Assembly: GCF_004010195.1 (NCBI RefSeq) | Contig: NC_057755.1 | Location: 12,785,683-12,823,346 of the forward strand | Length of the DNA: 37,664 nt | Source: Chiloscyllium plagiosum | Taxonomy: Eukaryota | Direction: 5' to 3' | Shown: one piece after another, positions 11,860-24,974 of the stretch | Position numbering within the stretch: the stretch's first letter is position 1 | Layout of the letters: every line of letters starts with the position of its first letter | Made by a program: the position numbers and the translations under genes | Notes under the pieces: generated by a model | Databases searched by the model: none | Told to the model about the DNA's origin: nothing | The model's input: only the letters and a program-made list of their open reading frames with translations

Positions 11860-12545
11860 GTAGAACACCTACGCTATGTCCTTAAAATGACCTAAGCTCC
11901 AGTTGCCACTTCAACACACCACCCTGTTCCCTGACCAACATCTCTGTCTCAGGCTTGCTGCACTGCTCCAGTGAAGCTCAGCGCAAGCTGGAAGACTAGC
12001 ATCTCATTTTCCACTTAGGAATTCTGCAGCCTTCAAGATTCAATATCAAGTTTGGAGAAAGTGAGGACTGCAGATGGTGGAAATCAGATTCAAGAGTATG
12101 GTGCTGGAAAAGCACAGCACATCAGGCAGCATCCGAGGAGCAGAAGAATTGAAGAGCTTATGCCTCAAATGTCGCACCACACTCAATATCATGTTTACCA
12201 ATTTCAGAATGTGAACATCTTGCTCTATGTTTGTTACCCTTCCCCCACACCCCTAGGTTGGTCCTAGCACACTAACCTATTTTCAACTACTAACACCTCT
12301 TGTTACCTAGCATTTGTCTCTTTCTCTCTCAGTTTAACAGAACCTCTTTGTTTGCCATCACTATATTTTCTCTGTCTCTGGGCACTGTCTCCATGTATTC
12401 TGTTCAGTCTCCTTGCCCCATCATCAGCATGAGTACCAGCCATTCCAGCTATTTTCAATTGTGGCAAAGCATCACTGGACTCAAAATGTTAACTCTGTTT
12501 TTCTCTCCACCAATGCTGCTTAACCTGCTGAGTTTTTCTAGTAAT
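11860..12545 (+). mobile_element. Old Penelope-like 3' end (GIY-YIG C-terminus plus UTR) with a nested opposite-strand terminus at ~12054-12165
   Basis: CHFNTPPCSLTNISVSGLLHCSSEAQRKLE.*HLIFHLGILQP.RFNI.F; terminal AATGCTGCT.AACCTGCTGAGTTTTTCTAG. Confidence 0.75.
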
Positions 12546-12547
12546 TT

Positions 12548-13243
12548 AATAGAACAGAGAACAGTAAGGCACAGTACATGCCTTTCGGTCCACAATATTC
12601 TGTCGAGCATTTATCTTAATCTAAGATAAACCTAATCTGCACACCCTTCAATTTATTGCTGTCAATGTGCTTGTCCAGCAGTTGCTTAAATGTCCCTAAT
12701 GTCTCTGACTTTATTACCCTCACTGGCAGTGCATTCCACACATCTACCACTCTGCGTAAAGAATCCACGTCTGACATCTGCCCATACCTTCCTCCAATCA
12801 CCTTAAAATTACAACTCTTCATGACAGCCATTTCTGCCCTGGGGAAAAGTTCTGGCTATCTACTCTATCTTTGCCTCTCATTACCTTGTACACCTCTATC
12901 AAGTCACCTTTCCAGTGTGAAAAGCTCACTCAACCTCTCTTCATAAGACAAGCCCTCAAATCCAGGCAGCATCCTAGTAAATCTCCTCTGCACCCTCTCT
13001 AAAGCATCTACATCCTTCATATAATGAGGCATCCAGAAGTACACACAATATTCCAAGTTTGGTCTAACCAGGGCTTTATAGATTTGCAGCAAAACCTTGC
13101 AGCACTTAAACTCAATCCCCCTGTTAATGAAAGCCAAAACAACACACTCCTTCTTAACAACCCTATCCAACTTGGGTGGCAACTTTGAAGGATCTATGTA
13201 CGTGGACCCCAAGATCCCTCTGTTCCTCTACACTGCCTAAAAT
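12548..13243 (-). mobile_element. CR1 3' portion
   Basis: LVRPNLEYCVYFW.P...LERVQRRFTRMLPG...YEERL (ORF 12904-13212). Confidence 0.88.
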
Positions 13244-16200
13244 CACAGCTGCAGAAAAGGAGGTTGTTGAGGAGGGTTTGTCTACTGAGTCAGTATAGGT
13301 GGAAGTCAGTAACAGGAAAGGAGCAGTCACTTTATTGGGAATTTTCTATAGAATTGACTATAGACATGTGGAGACTGTTTAAGGAACAGTTGTTGCGAGT
13401 GATGAATAAATATGTTGCTCTGAGACAGGCAAGATGGGGTAAGATAAAGGAATCTTGGATGACGAGAGCGGTGGAGCTTCTCAACAAAAGGAAGAAGGAA
13501 ACTTACATAAAGTGGAGGAAGCTAGGGTCAAGCTCAGCTCTAGAGGATTACAGGCAGACGAGGAAGGAGCTCAAAAATGGTCTGAGGAGAGTCAGGAGGG
13601 GGCACGAGAAAGGCTTGGCGGAACGGATTAGGGAGAACCCAAAGGCATTTTACACTTATGTGAGGAATAAGAGAATGGTCAAAGAAAGAGTAGGGCCGAT
13701 CAGGGATAGCATAGGGAACATGTGTGTGGAGTCTGAGGAGGTAGGGGAAGCCCTAAATGAGTTTTTTGCTTCTGTCTTTACTAAAGAAACAAACTTTGTA
13801 GTGAATGAAACCTTTGAAGAGCAGATGTGAATGCTGGAATGGATAGAGATAGAGGAAGCTGAAAATTTTGTCAAACATTAAGATTGACAAGTCGCCGGGC
13901 CTGGACCAGATTTGTCCTCGGCTGCTTTGGGAAACGAGAAATGCAATTGCTTCGCCACTTGTGAAGATCTTTGCATCCTCGCTCTCCACTGGAGTCATAC
14001 CTGAGGACTGGAGCGAGGCAAATGTAATTTCTCTCTTCAAGAAAGGAAATAGGGAAATCCCCGGCAATTACAGACCAGTAAGTCTCACGTCTGTCATCTG
14101 CAAGGTGTTAGAAAGGATTCTGAGGGATAGGATTTATGACCATCTGGAAGAGCATGGCTTGATTAAATGCAGTCAGCACGGTTTTGTGGGGGGCAGGTCA
14201 TGCCTCACAAACCTTATCGAGTTCTTTGAGGATGTGACTAGAAAAGTTGATGAAGGTCGAGCTGTGGATGTGGTGTATATGGACTTCAGCAAGGCATTTG
14301 ATAAGGTTCCCCATGGTAGGCTCATTCAGAAGGTCAGGAGGAATGGGATACAGGGGAACATAGCTGTCTGGAAAAGAATTGGCTGGCCAACAGAAGACAG
14401 CGAGTGGTAGTAGAAGGAAAATATTCTGCCTGGAAGTCAGTGGTGAGTGATGTTCCACAGCATTCTGACCTTGGGCCTCTACTGTTTGTAATTTTTATTA
14501 ATGACTTGAATGAGGGGATTGAAGGATGGGTCAGCAAGTTTGCAGATGACACAGAGGTTGGAGGTGTCGTTGACATTATTGAGGGCTGTTGTAGGCTGCA
14601 GCGGGACATTGACAGGATGCAGAGATGGGCTGAGAGGTGGCAGATGGAGTTCAACCTGGATAAATGTGAGGTGATGCATTTTGGAAGGTCGAATTTGAAA
14701 GCTGAGTACAGGAATAAGGATAGGATTCTTGGCAGTGTGGAGGAACAGAGGGATCTTGGGGTGCAGGTACATAGATCCCTTAAAATGGACAGGGTTGTTA
14801 AGAAAGCATATGGTGTTTTGGCTTTCATTAACAGGAGGATTGAGTTTAAGAGTCGTGAGANNNNNNNNNNNNNNNNNNNNNNNNNNNNNNNNNNNNNNNN
14901 NNNNNNNNNNNNNNNNNNNNNNNNNNNNNNNNNNNNNNNNNNNNNNNNNNNNNNNNNNNNNNNNNNNNNNNNNNNNNNNNNNCCCAGGGCAGAAATGGCT
15001 AACACGAGGGGTCATAGTTTTAAGCTGGTTGGAGGAAAGTATAGAGGGGATGTCAGAGGTGGGTTCTGTACACAGAGAGTTGTGAGAGCATGGAATGAGT
15101 TGCCAGCAGCAGTTGTGGAAGCAAAGTCATTGGGGACTTTTAAGAGACTGCTGGACATGCATATGGTCACAGAAATTTGAGGGTGCATACATGAGGATCA
15201 ATGGTCGGCACAACATCGTGAGCTGAAGGGCCTGTTCTGTGCTGTACTGTTCTATGTTCTATGTTCTAGAAAGCCCAATAGCTGCAGAGAGATGGAAGAA
15301 AAACAGGACAGCAGATCTTGAAAAGGTGCAGATGTAACAGAGCTGTTGTTATGGGTGACTTCAACTTCCCCAATATTGATTGGAACCTCCTTAGTGTAAA
15401 TCGCCTGAATGGAGTTGTTTTTGTCAGGTGTGTTCAGGAAGGATTTCTGACTCAGGCTGACAGTGTGGTGGGGGGGGGGGAAGGGGGCACCATATTGGAT
15501 TTGGTGCTGGGCAACAAGCCAGGCCAGGTGTCAGATCTCTCGATGGGAGAGCATTCGGTGACAATGACCACAATTGCCTTATCTTTACCATAGCCATGCA
15601 GAGGATTCGGAGCAGACAGTATAGGAAGATATTTAATTGAGTAATGAGAAATTATATTGCTAATAGACAGGAGCAGTGGATCATAAATTGGGAACAATTG
15701 TTCTACAAGAAATGCATAACAGAAGTGTGGAGACTGTTTAAGGAGCACTTGTTTCAAGTATAAGATAATTTTGTCTCCCACTGAGACAGGCAAGGAATGG
15801 TAAGGTGAAGGAGCCTTGGATGACAAGAGAAGAGGAGCTTCTCGTCAAATGGAAGAAGGAAGCTTACTTAGGGTTGAGAAAGCAAAGATCTGGTACAGCT
15901 TTAGACGATTATAGGGTAGCTAGGAAAGAACTCAAAAATGGACTGAGGAGAGTTAGGAGGGAGCATGAAAAAGCTTTGGTGGGAAGGATTAGGGAAAACC
16001 GAAAGGCTTTCTACACTTACGTGAGGAATAAAAGAATGATCAGAGAGAGGGTAGGGCAAATCAGGGATAGTGGAGGGAACTTGTGCTGGTGTCTGAAGAG
16101 GTAGGGGAGGTCATAGAGTCATAGAGGTGTACAGCATGGAAACAGACCCTTCGTCCAACCAGATGACAACCAGATATCCCAGCCCAATCTACTCCCACCT

Positions 16201-17030
16201 GCCAGCACCCAGCCCATATCCCTCCAAACCCTTCCTATTCATAGACACATCCAAATGCCTCTTAAATGTTGCAATTGTACCAGCCTCCACCACATCCTCT
16301 GGCAGCTCATTCCATACACGTACCACCCTCTGCGTGAAAAAGCTGCCCCTTAGGTCTCTTTTATATCTTTCCCCTCTCACCCTAAATCTATGTCCTCTAG
16401 TTCTGGACTCCCCGACCCCAGGGAAAAGATTTTGCCTCTCTACCCTATCTATGCCCCTCATAATTTTGAGAGAGATTCTTGTTGATAGTGAGAACACCAC
16501 GGACCAGGTTAATAGGCTTGAACAGATTGATATTAAGAAAGTGGATGTGCTGGAAATTCTGGGAAGCATCAAGATAGATAAGTCCCCAGGGCCAGACCAG
16601 ATATATCCAAGGTTACTACAGGAAGTGAAGAATGACATTGCTGCGCCTCCAGCAATGATGTTTGCATCCTCACTCTCCACATGAGTAGTACCGGATAATT
16701 GGGGGGAGGCAAATGTTGTTCCTCTGTTCAAGAAAGGGCATAAGGAAACCCTTGGGAATTACAGACCAGTCGATCTTACATCTGTGGTAAGCACGGTACT
16801 GGAAAGGATTCTGAGAGATAGGATTTATGACTATTTGGAAAAACATAATTTGATTAAAGATAGTCAGCATGGCTTTGTAAGGGGCAGGTCATGCCTCACA
16901 AGCCTTATTGAGTTCTGTGAGGATGTGACGAAACACGCTGATGAAGGTTGAGCAGGGGATGTGATGTATATGGATTTCAGTAAGGCATTTGATAAAGTTC
17001 CCCACAGTAGGCTCATACAGAAAGTTAGGA
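13244..17030 (+). mobile_element. CR1 ORF2 (13244-13350 plus 15270-17030) interrupted by a second CR1 (13351-15269, +) and a CR1 3' end (16111-16465, -)
   Basis: APE ...GIFYR|KPNS... rejoins across the insert (TTCTATAGA / TTCTAGA). Inner copy has KSPGLD, YRPVSLTS, DFSKAFDKV, FADD and a (TTCTATG)n tail. Outer copy has GDFNFPNIDW, LDLVLGN, KSPGPD. Confidence 0.88.
14861..14982. other. Assembly gap (N run)
   Basis: 122 N inside CR1 ORF2. Confidence 0.99.
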
Positions 17031-20000
17031 GGGCACCGATAAGCAAGAAGTTGACTTTAAATGTGTCTATTTCAATGCTAGGAACATCCAGAATAAGGTG
17101 GGTGAACTTGCAGCATGGGTTGGTAACTGGGACTTCGATGTTGTGGCCATTTCGGAGACATGAGTAGAGCAGGGACAGGAATAGTTGTTGCAGGTTCCGG
17201 GATTTAGATGTTTCAGTAAGAACAGAGAAGAAAGTAAAAGAGGGAGAGGTGCAGCATTGTTAATCAAGGACAGCATTATAGAGGCAGAAAGGACATTTGA
17301 GTTCACATCTACTAAAGTAGTACGGGCTGAGGTTAGAAACAGGAAAGGAGAGGTCACCCTGTTGGGAATTTTCTATAGGCCTCCAAATAATTCCAGAGAT
17401 GTAGAGGAAAGCATAGCAAAGATGATTCTCAATAGGAGTGAGAGTGACAGAGTAGTTGTTACGGAGGAGTTTAACTTTCCAAACATTGTCAGTGAATACT
17501 AGAGGTCGAGTACTTTAAATCGGTCAGTTTTTGTCGAATGTGTGCAGGAGGGTTTCTTGACACAATATGTAGACAGGCCAACGAGGGGCGAGACCACATT
17601 GGATTTGGTACTGGGTAATAAACCAGGCCAAGTGTTAGATTTGGAGATAGGTGAGCACTTTGGTGATAGTGACCACAATTTGATTATGTTTACTCTAGCT
17701 ATGGAAAGGGGGAGGTATATAATGCAGGGCAAGAGTAAGAGCTGGGGGAAAGGCAATTACATTGCAATTAGGCAAGATTTAGGATGCATAGGATGGGGAA
17801 GGAAACTGTAGGCGATGGGTACAATTGAAACGTGGAGCTTGTTCAAGGAACAGCTACTGCGTTTCCTTAATAACTATGTACCTGTCAGACCGGGAGGAAG
17901 TTGACGAGTGAGGGAGCCATGGTTTACTAAAAAAATTGAAGCTCTTGTCAAAAGGAGGAAGAAGGCTCATGTTAGGATGAGACGTAAAGGCTCAGTTAGG
18001 GTGCTTGAGAGTTACAAGTTTGCCAGGAAAGACCTAAAGAAAGAACTAAGAAGAGTCAGCAGGGGCCATGAGAAGTTGTTGGTGGATAGGATCAAGGAAA
18101 ACCCTAAGGCCGTATAGGTATATCAGGAATAAGAGAATGACTAGAGTAAGATTGGGGCCAGGAGAAAGTGAGGACTGCAGATGCTGGGGATCAGAGCTTA
18201 AGAATGTGTTGCTGGAAAAGCGCAGCAGGTCAGGCAGCATCAAAGGATAAGGAGAATTAACGTTTCGGGCATAAGCCCTTCTTCAGGAATGAGGAGGGTG
18301 TGCCCAGCAGGCTAAGATAAAAGGTAGGGAGGAGGGACTTGGGGGAGGGGCGTTGGGAATGCGATAGGTGGAAGGAGGTTAAGGTGAGGGTGATAGGCCG
18401 AAGAGGGGGTAGGGACGGAGAGGTCGGGAAGAAGATTGCAGGTCAAGAAGGCGGTGCTGAGTCTGAAGGCTGGGACTGAGAAAAGGTGGGGGAGGGGAAA
18501 TGAGGAAGCTGGAGAAATCCGCATTCATCCCCTGTGGCTGGAGGGTGTCACCTAGTAGGGTGACGAAACATCTGAAAATGAACCTTCCAGCTCAGCGAGC
18601 AAACCGACATTCAGAACCTCAACCTGAGCTACAAATCTTCTCCAAACTTGCTGAACCCTTCCTGTTCACGTACCCACCCAGATGTAATTGGACCTATCTC
18701 CACCACTTCCTCTGGCAGCTCATTCCATAGACAGACCACTCTCTGTCTGAAACAGTTGTCCCTTGGGTCCCTTTTAAATCTTCCCCGTCACGTTAAATGT
18801 CTACCCTCCAGTTTTGGGCTCCCCCACCCCAGGAAGAAAATCTTGGCTATGCATCCTATCTAGTGGGGTTCTGTCTTGGTGGCGATTGGAGGGGCGGGGT
18901 TCAAGGGCGGAGGAGCGGGAAGTGGAGGAGATGCGGTGGAGAGCATCGTCAACCACGTTTGAGGGGAAACCAAAGGAGTAGCCATGGGCACCCGCATGGG
19001 CCCTAGCTATGCCTGCCTCTTCATTGGATATGTGGAACAGCCCATCTTCCGCAGATACACTGGCACCACCTTTTCCTCCGCTACATTGATGACTGTATTG
19101 GCGCTACGTCGTGCTCCCACGAGGAAGTTGAACAGTTCATCCACTTTACTAACACCTTCCACCCTGACCTCAAATTTACCTGGACCGTCTCAGACTCCTC
19201 CCTCCCCTTCCTAGACCTCTCTATCTCTATCTCGGACGACCGACTCAACACGGACGTATACTATAAACAGACTGACTCCCACAGCTACCTAGATTACACC
19301 TCTTCCCACCCTGCCCTCTGTAAAAACGCCATTCCATATTTCCAATTCCTTTGCCTTTACCGCATCTGCTCCCAGGAGGACCAGTTCCAATACCGGCACA
19401 ACCCAGATGGCCTCCTTCTTCAAAGAGCGCAATTTCCCCTCAGACTTGACTTCTTTGAGAAGGCAATCAAACAGGTGGATGAGGGTAAAGCGGTTGATGT
19501 GGTGTGTATGCATTTTAGTGAGGAGTTTGATAAGGTAGGCTTCTGCACAAAATATGGAGGCATGGGATTGAGAGTGTTTTGACAGTTTGGAATCAGAGAT
19601 TGGCTAGCTGAAAGAAGACAGAGGGTGGTGGTTGATGTGAAAAGTTCATCCCGGAGTTCAGTTACTATTGGTATATCGCAAGGATCTATTTTGGGGCCAC
19701 CTGGATGAGGGCGTAGAAGGATGGGTTAGTAAATTTGCGGAAGACACTAAGGTCGGTAGAGTTGTAGATAGTGCCGAAGGATGTTGTGAGTTACAGATAG
19801 ACATAGATAAGCTGCAGAGCTGGGCTGAGAGGTGGCAAATGGAGTTTAATGCAGAAAAGTGTGAGGTGATTCACTTTGGAAGGAGCAACAGGAATAAAGA
19901 GTACTGGGTTAATGATAATATTCTTGGTAGTGTAGATGAGCAGAGAGATCTTGGTATCTATGTACATAGATCACACAAAGTTGCCACCCAGGTTGATAGG

Positions 20001-20602
20001 GTTATTAAGAAGGCATAGCTCTTATTACTGGAGGGATTGAGTTTCTGAGCCATGATGTCATGCTGCAGCTGTACAAAACTGTGGTGCGGCCGCACTTGGA
20101 GTATTGTGTACATTTCTGGTCACCGCATTATAGGAAGGATGTGAAAGCTTTGGAAAAGGTTCAGGGGAGATTTACTAGGATGTTGCCTGGTATGGAGGGA
20201 AGGCCTTACAAGGAAAGGCTGAGGAACTTCAGACTGTTTTTGTTAGAGAGAAGAAGTTCGAGAGATGACTTAATGAGACATATAAGATAATCAGAGGGTT
20301 AGATAGAGTGGACAGTGAGAGCCTTTTTCCTCAGATGGTGATGGCTAGTACAAGGGGACATAGCTTTAATTTGAGGTGTGATAGATATAGAACAGATGTC
20401 AGAGGTAGCTTCTTTACTTAAAGAGTAGTAGGGGCATGGAATGGCCTGCCTGCAACATTAGTAGAATCGCCAACTTTAAGGGCATTTAAATGGTCATTAG
20501 ATAGACATAATGATAATGGAATAGTGTAGGTTAGATGGGCTTCAGATTGGTTTCACAGGTCGGGGGCCAAAGGGCTTATACTACACTGTAAAGTTCTAAT
20601 TT
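17030..20602 (+). mobile_element. Near full-length CR1 ORF2 (17030-18160 plus 19447-20602) split by a Penelope complex
   Basis: YFNARNI, GIFYRPPN, FLTQYVDRPTRG..LDLVLGN, SDHN; resumes FFEK...VDEGKAVDV, KFAEDTK, RPHLEYCVHFWSP, 3' tail. Confidence 0.88.
18161..19446. mobile_element. Rearranged Penelope-like insertion: 3' end (18161-18545, -), second-family terminus (18546-18652, +), CR1 scrap, RT-thumb piece (18860-18968, -), RT core (18968-19446, +)
   Basis: GVAMGTRMGPSYACLF...RYIDD...LKFTW...LPFLDL...YKQTDSHSYLDYTSSHP on +; TLQPQGMNADF (GIY-YIG end) and terminal repeat on -. Confidence 0.85.
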
Positions 20603-20604
20603 CT

Positions 20605-22310
20605 ATGCCAATCAAGTGGGCTGATTTGTCTTGAATGGCTTTAACTTTCTTGTGTGTTGTAGATGGTGGGCCATCCAGGCAAGTGTGCAGTATTCCATCA
20701 CACTCCTGACTTGTGTCTTGTAGATGGTGGACAGGTTTTGAGGGGTCAGGAAGTGAGTTACTCACCACAATATTCCTAGCCTCTGACCTACTCTTGTAGC
20801 CATTATGTTTACCTGCTAAGTTCAGTTGAGTTACTGGTAAATGGTAACCTAAAGGATATTAATAGTAGGTGATTCAGTGATGGTAACACCATTCAATGTC
20901 AAGGACCAGTAATTAGATTGTCTCTTGTTGGTGATGGTTACAGCCCAGCACTTGTGTGCCATGAACATTACTTGCCACTTATTAGCCCAAGCCTGGATAT
21001 TGTGCAGATTTTATGTATTTGAACATGGACTGTTTCAGCATCTGAGAAATCACAAATGGTGCTGAATATTGTGCAATTACTGGCAAACATTCCCACTTCT
21101 GACCTTATGGTGGAGGGGAGGTCATTGATGAAGTAGCTGAAGATGGTTGTGCCTAGGACATTATCCTGAGGAACTCCTGTAGAGACATCCTGGAGCAGAG
21201 ATGACTGGCCTCCAACAATCACAACCGTCTTCTTATGTGCCAGACATGACTCAAACCAGCAAAGAACTTCACCCGATTCCCATTGATTCCAGTTTTGTTT
21301 TGGCTCCTTGATGCCACACTTGGTTGAATGCAGCCTTGATGTCAAGGGCTGCCACTCTCACCTTACCTATGGAACTCAGGCCTTTTGTCCATGTTTGAAC
21401 CAAGTGAGGCTGTAGTGAGGTCAGGAGGTGAGTGGCCCTGGCAAACTCAAACTATGTGTCACTGAGCAGGTTTTTGCTGAGCAGGTACTGCTTAATAGCA
21501 CTGTTGATGACATCTTCCAGCACTTTACTGATGATCAACAGTAGACTGATGGAGTGGTAATTGGCTGGGTTGGATTTGTCATGCTTTTTGATTATAGGAC
21601 ATACTTGGGCAATTTTCCACACAGTCAGGTGGATGCCAGAGATTGGCTCAGGGAGCTACCAATTCTGGAAAGCAAGTCTTCAGCACAATTGCTGGAATAT
21701 TGTCAGGGTCTATAGCTTTTGCTGTATCCTTGACATCATGTGGTGTGAATCAAATTGGCTGAAGACTGTTATCTGTGATGCTGGGGACCACTGGAGGAGG
21801 CTGAAATAGATCATCCACTCAGCATGTCTTGCTGCAAATGCTTTAGCCTTATCTTTTGCACTGGCGTGTTAGGCTCTTCCATCATTGAGGATAGAGTCAT
21901 TTGTGGAGCCTTCTCCTCCATTGTCCACCGCCATTCATAATTGCATGTGGGAGGGTTGCAGAGCTTAGATTGGATCCATTGATTGTGGGATCATTTAGTT
22001 TTTTTCTGTCACTTGCTGCTTGGCATGCAAGTAGTCATGTTTGGTAGCTTTACCAGGTTGACACCTCATCTTCAGATATGTCTGGTGCTGCTCCTGGCAT
22101 GTCCTCCTGTCCTCTTCATTGAACTAGAATTGATTCCCTGGCTTGATGGTAAGAGTTGAATGGGGATATGCTGGGCCATGAGGTTACAGATTGTGCTGGG
22201 GTTCAGTTCTGCTGCTGTAGAAGGCCCACAGCACCTCATGGATGCTGACTCTTGAATTGCTAGCCCTATTCAAAGTCTGTCCCGTTTCATGCAGTGACAG
22301 TGCCAAATGA
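20605..22310 (-). mobile_element. Old CR1/L2-group LINE of a different family
   Basis: LDIKAAFNQVWHQG, GVPQDNVLGTTIFSYFINDLPSTIRSEVGMFA (ORF 20968-21345). A related fragment lies at ~11740-11860 (+). Confidence 0.8.
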
Positions 22311-22948
22311 TGTAAAGACAGAACATAACAGAATCACTCTGAATTGCCATACTATGGCAAATGCTGCACCCATAGTCATCTGGCAAATCTTAGCTGGATT
22401 TTACTGAAACATTCCGTGGTCCTAGAAAAGTACAGAAACTTAATCTGGGAATCAGGTCAGTTGCAGGTGGTCACAAAGATAAAGGAATCAAAACCCTTAC
22501 ATGTTGGGGCATTACTGGTCATCAACTGTGTTATGCTGGAATGATAGCAACAAAAACAGCCTTGACATAACTGGAACCCAGCAATCAGTTTGGATAATAA
22601 TAAAGCAAATGCTTTTCTCTGATCCTTACCAGCTTTCAAATCACAAGTTAAAGCACAATTACCAATTCCTCAAACCAACAAAAGTTCAAACCTATAATAC
22701 TGTTATAGGTTCTTCCAATGAAACACAGTTATTTGCACATAATTTCTAATTACAAGTGGCTCATGTCCTTGCACCATAAATTGTAGGTTGCTTGAGATGA
22801 AAATTTCGACAGATTTGAGAATGTTATTTTCCCCCATGAAATTGTGGAAATTATTTTTGGATAATTGTCCTCATTTGTAAATGTACACAATTAGTAACGT
22901 TTGTAGCAGTAGAGTTACCAGTGGAAGGAACTGATAATATATTCTTAC

Positions 22949-23143
22949 GTCAATTGATGTTGTCCTCCGACATCCCCAGGCCAGTCCACCTTACAGATCA
23001 CGCGGCTTTCTGATTGCACAATGCGGGCATAGAAACACTGTGGGAATGCTAGAGCCAGGGCCAGGAACCAAATAACCCCAATCACTAGCTTAGTTGAGCT
23101 GGACGACAGCCTGGGCTTCAAAGGGTGGATGATGGCAATGTAC
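22949..23143 (-). CDS. tacr2: Tachykinin receptor (NK2R-like) coding exon 2: ICL2, TM4, ECL2
   Basis: Acceptor CACATAG|G TAC ATT GCC; (R)YIAIIHPLKPRLSSSSTKLVIGVIWFLALALAFPQCFYARIVQSESRVICKVDWPGDVGGQHQL(T); donor AC|GTAAGA. 195 nt, phase-compatible with exon 1. PQCFY and WPxDxGG resemble TACR2. Confidence 0.92.
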
Positions 23144-23548
23144 CTATGTGGTGAAATACAACAAGTGTTATACTGCAGATAATCAGATCTCAATATTATC
23201 CTCTTGTTACAATTACATCAAACATTTCCATTTGGCTCAACATATCCAAATCAATGATCACGCGCCACACAGACATCCTCCAATCTTACTTCACCCAACC
23301 CTATCCCTCCGCTCTTTTGTTTTACATTATGTGCTTTTATAACTTCCCTTTAAAAGCATCTAGAAAGAAAGCTCTAACATTCCAACAAGGCTTCCACACC
23401 CATTTTGTGCAATCTGTACAGCGGACTGGCCGAGGAATATCAACTGCACAGTTACGTCAAGCTGTTTTTAGTACTGTGTGATTCAGAGTAATGTACAATG
23501 TTGTTTCACAGCTTTCAGTGTAATAATCTAATCAGTGGAGTTATGGAA

Positions 23549-23861
23549 GATTAGATTCCCTACAGTGTGGAAACAGGCCCTTTGGCCCAATAAGTCCACA
23601 CTGACCCTCCAAAGAGTAACCCACCCAGACCTACTCCCCCTAACTAATGCACCTAACTCTGTGGGCAATTTAGCATGACCAATTCACCCTACCTGCACAT
23701 CTTTGGACTGTGGGAGGAAACCGGAGCACCCAGAGGAAACCCACACAGACACGGGGAGAATGTGCAAACTCCACACAGACAGTCACCCGAGGCTAGAATC
23801 GAACCCGGCTCCCTGGTGCTGTGAGGCAGCAGTGCTAACCACTGAGCCACCATACCGCCCC
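23549..23861 (-). mobile_element. HE1-like V-SINE
   Basis: Full head, V-domain and tail. Confidence 0.92.
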
Positions 23862-23869
23862 TATCAAGC

Positions 23870-24100
23870 ATACATCCTGTAGCATGTATGAACTCCAGGA
23901 CATTTCTTGTGTCCTAGACAATCACGTGCAGGAAATGTCATCAGTTCGAGGAGCTAAAGCAATAGCTAGCATTACTGCAGTTAGCCAGGCAGCTATATTC
24001 TTCTGCAGATGGTCACCTCATAGAATAAGGGGCTTTGGGAAGAAAGTGATTATGTGATCATCAGACAGTCAAGGAGGATAAGGCAGGTAGTTCAGTTTTA
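23870..24100 (+). mobile_element. Possible CR1 ORF1 N-terminal zinc-finger remnant
   Basis: SCSMYELQDISCVLDNH.CRKCHQFEEL after one frameshift. Confidence 0.4.
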
Positions 24101-24842
24101 GCTAGGAAGGGCAAGAGTTACAGGATTCCTTTTTAAAATTGACAATGATGCAGCAAATGAGATTGGTGTGTGTAGACACTTGGTTCACTTTTCAATTAAA
24201 TACAATATAAGACATTTGGAACTAGGTTTCAAGGAGGCTTATTTGGACTTGAGGCATGCCTGGAGTCTGGCTGTTCCATTGATGATCTTGTAGACGTAAC
24301 TGATTTGGATTGTAAAAGCATACTGAATATTAGCAGCTGGTTAGATTCTTAGCAGCCTGACTTAATGTTAACAGCAAAAGAATTCTTAAGAGACTGCAAA
24401 AATGGGTCCAGAAATTATGATTAAACTTTTCAGAAACCAGAGAAATTTTGCTTATATGGAAGACTTTTGAAATGAGTTAATTTAGTTTCCTGGGCAGCTT
24501 CTATGCCTCTGGTCATTGTACGAGCTAGACGATGGATCATTCATGCCATTTCAAGCATAATGTGTATATAGTGCACATTTTTTTTAACCTGACCTTGATA
24601 GAAAGACATGTTTACTATTCTCTTGCGTTTGTTGACTGTGAGGTCTACACATTATAAGACTGTGAGATTCCATGAAGATGGTGTTTGAGCTCTGTCTTGG
24701 TTTCTGCTGACTAGAATTTTCCAAAGCTTGTAATCAACTTGCATTACATGAATGGCACAAGCAAAATAAAACAATAAAAGATTTGTAAAAAATAATTTAT
24801 GATCTCTTTCAGTTCAAGCAGACCTGACAGAATACAAACAGG

Positions 24843-24974
24843 TGAAAGTGAGGACTGCAGATGCTGGAGATCAGAGTCAAGATTAGAGTGGTTGCTGGAG
24901 AAGCATAGCAGCTCAGGCAGCATACGAGGAGCAGGAAAATCAACGTTTCGGGCAAAAGCCCTTCATCAGGAATG
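24843..24974 (-). mobile_element. Short Penelope terminus with hammerhead-like motif
   Basis: Minus strand CCTGATGA A GGGC TTTT GCCC GAAAC GTT. Confidence 0.82.

Noticed and set aside
22945..23193. 82-aa ORF as a stand-alone gene
   Set aside because: It is tacr2 exon 2 plus in-frame intronic flank.
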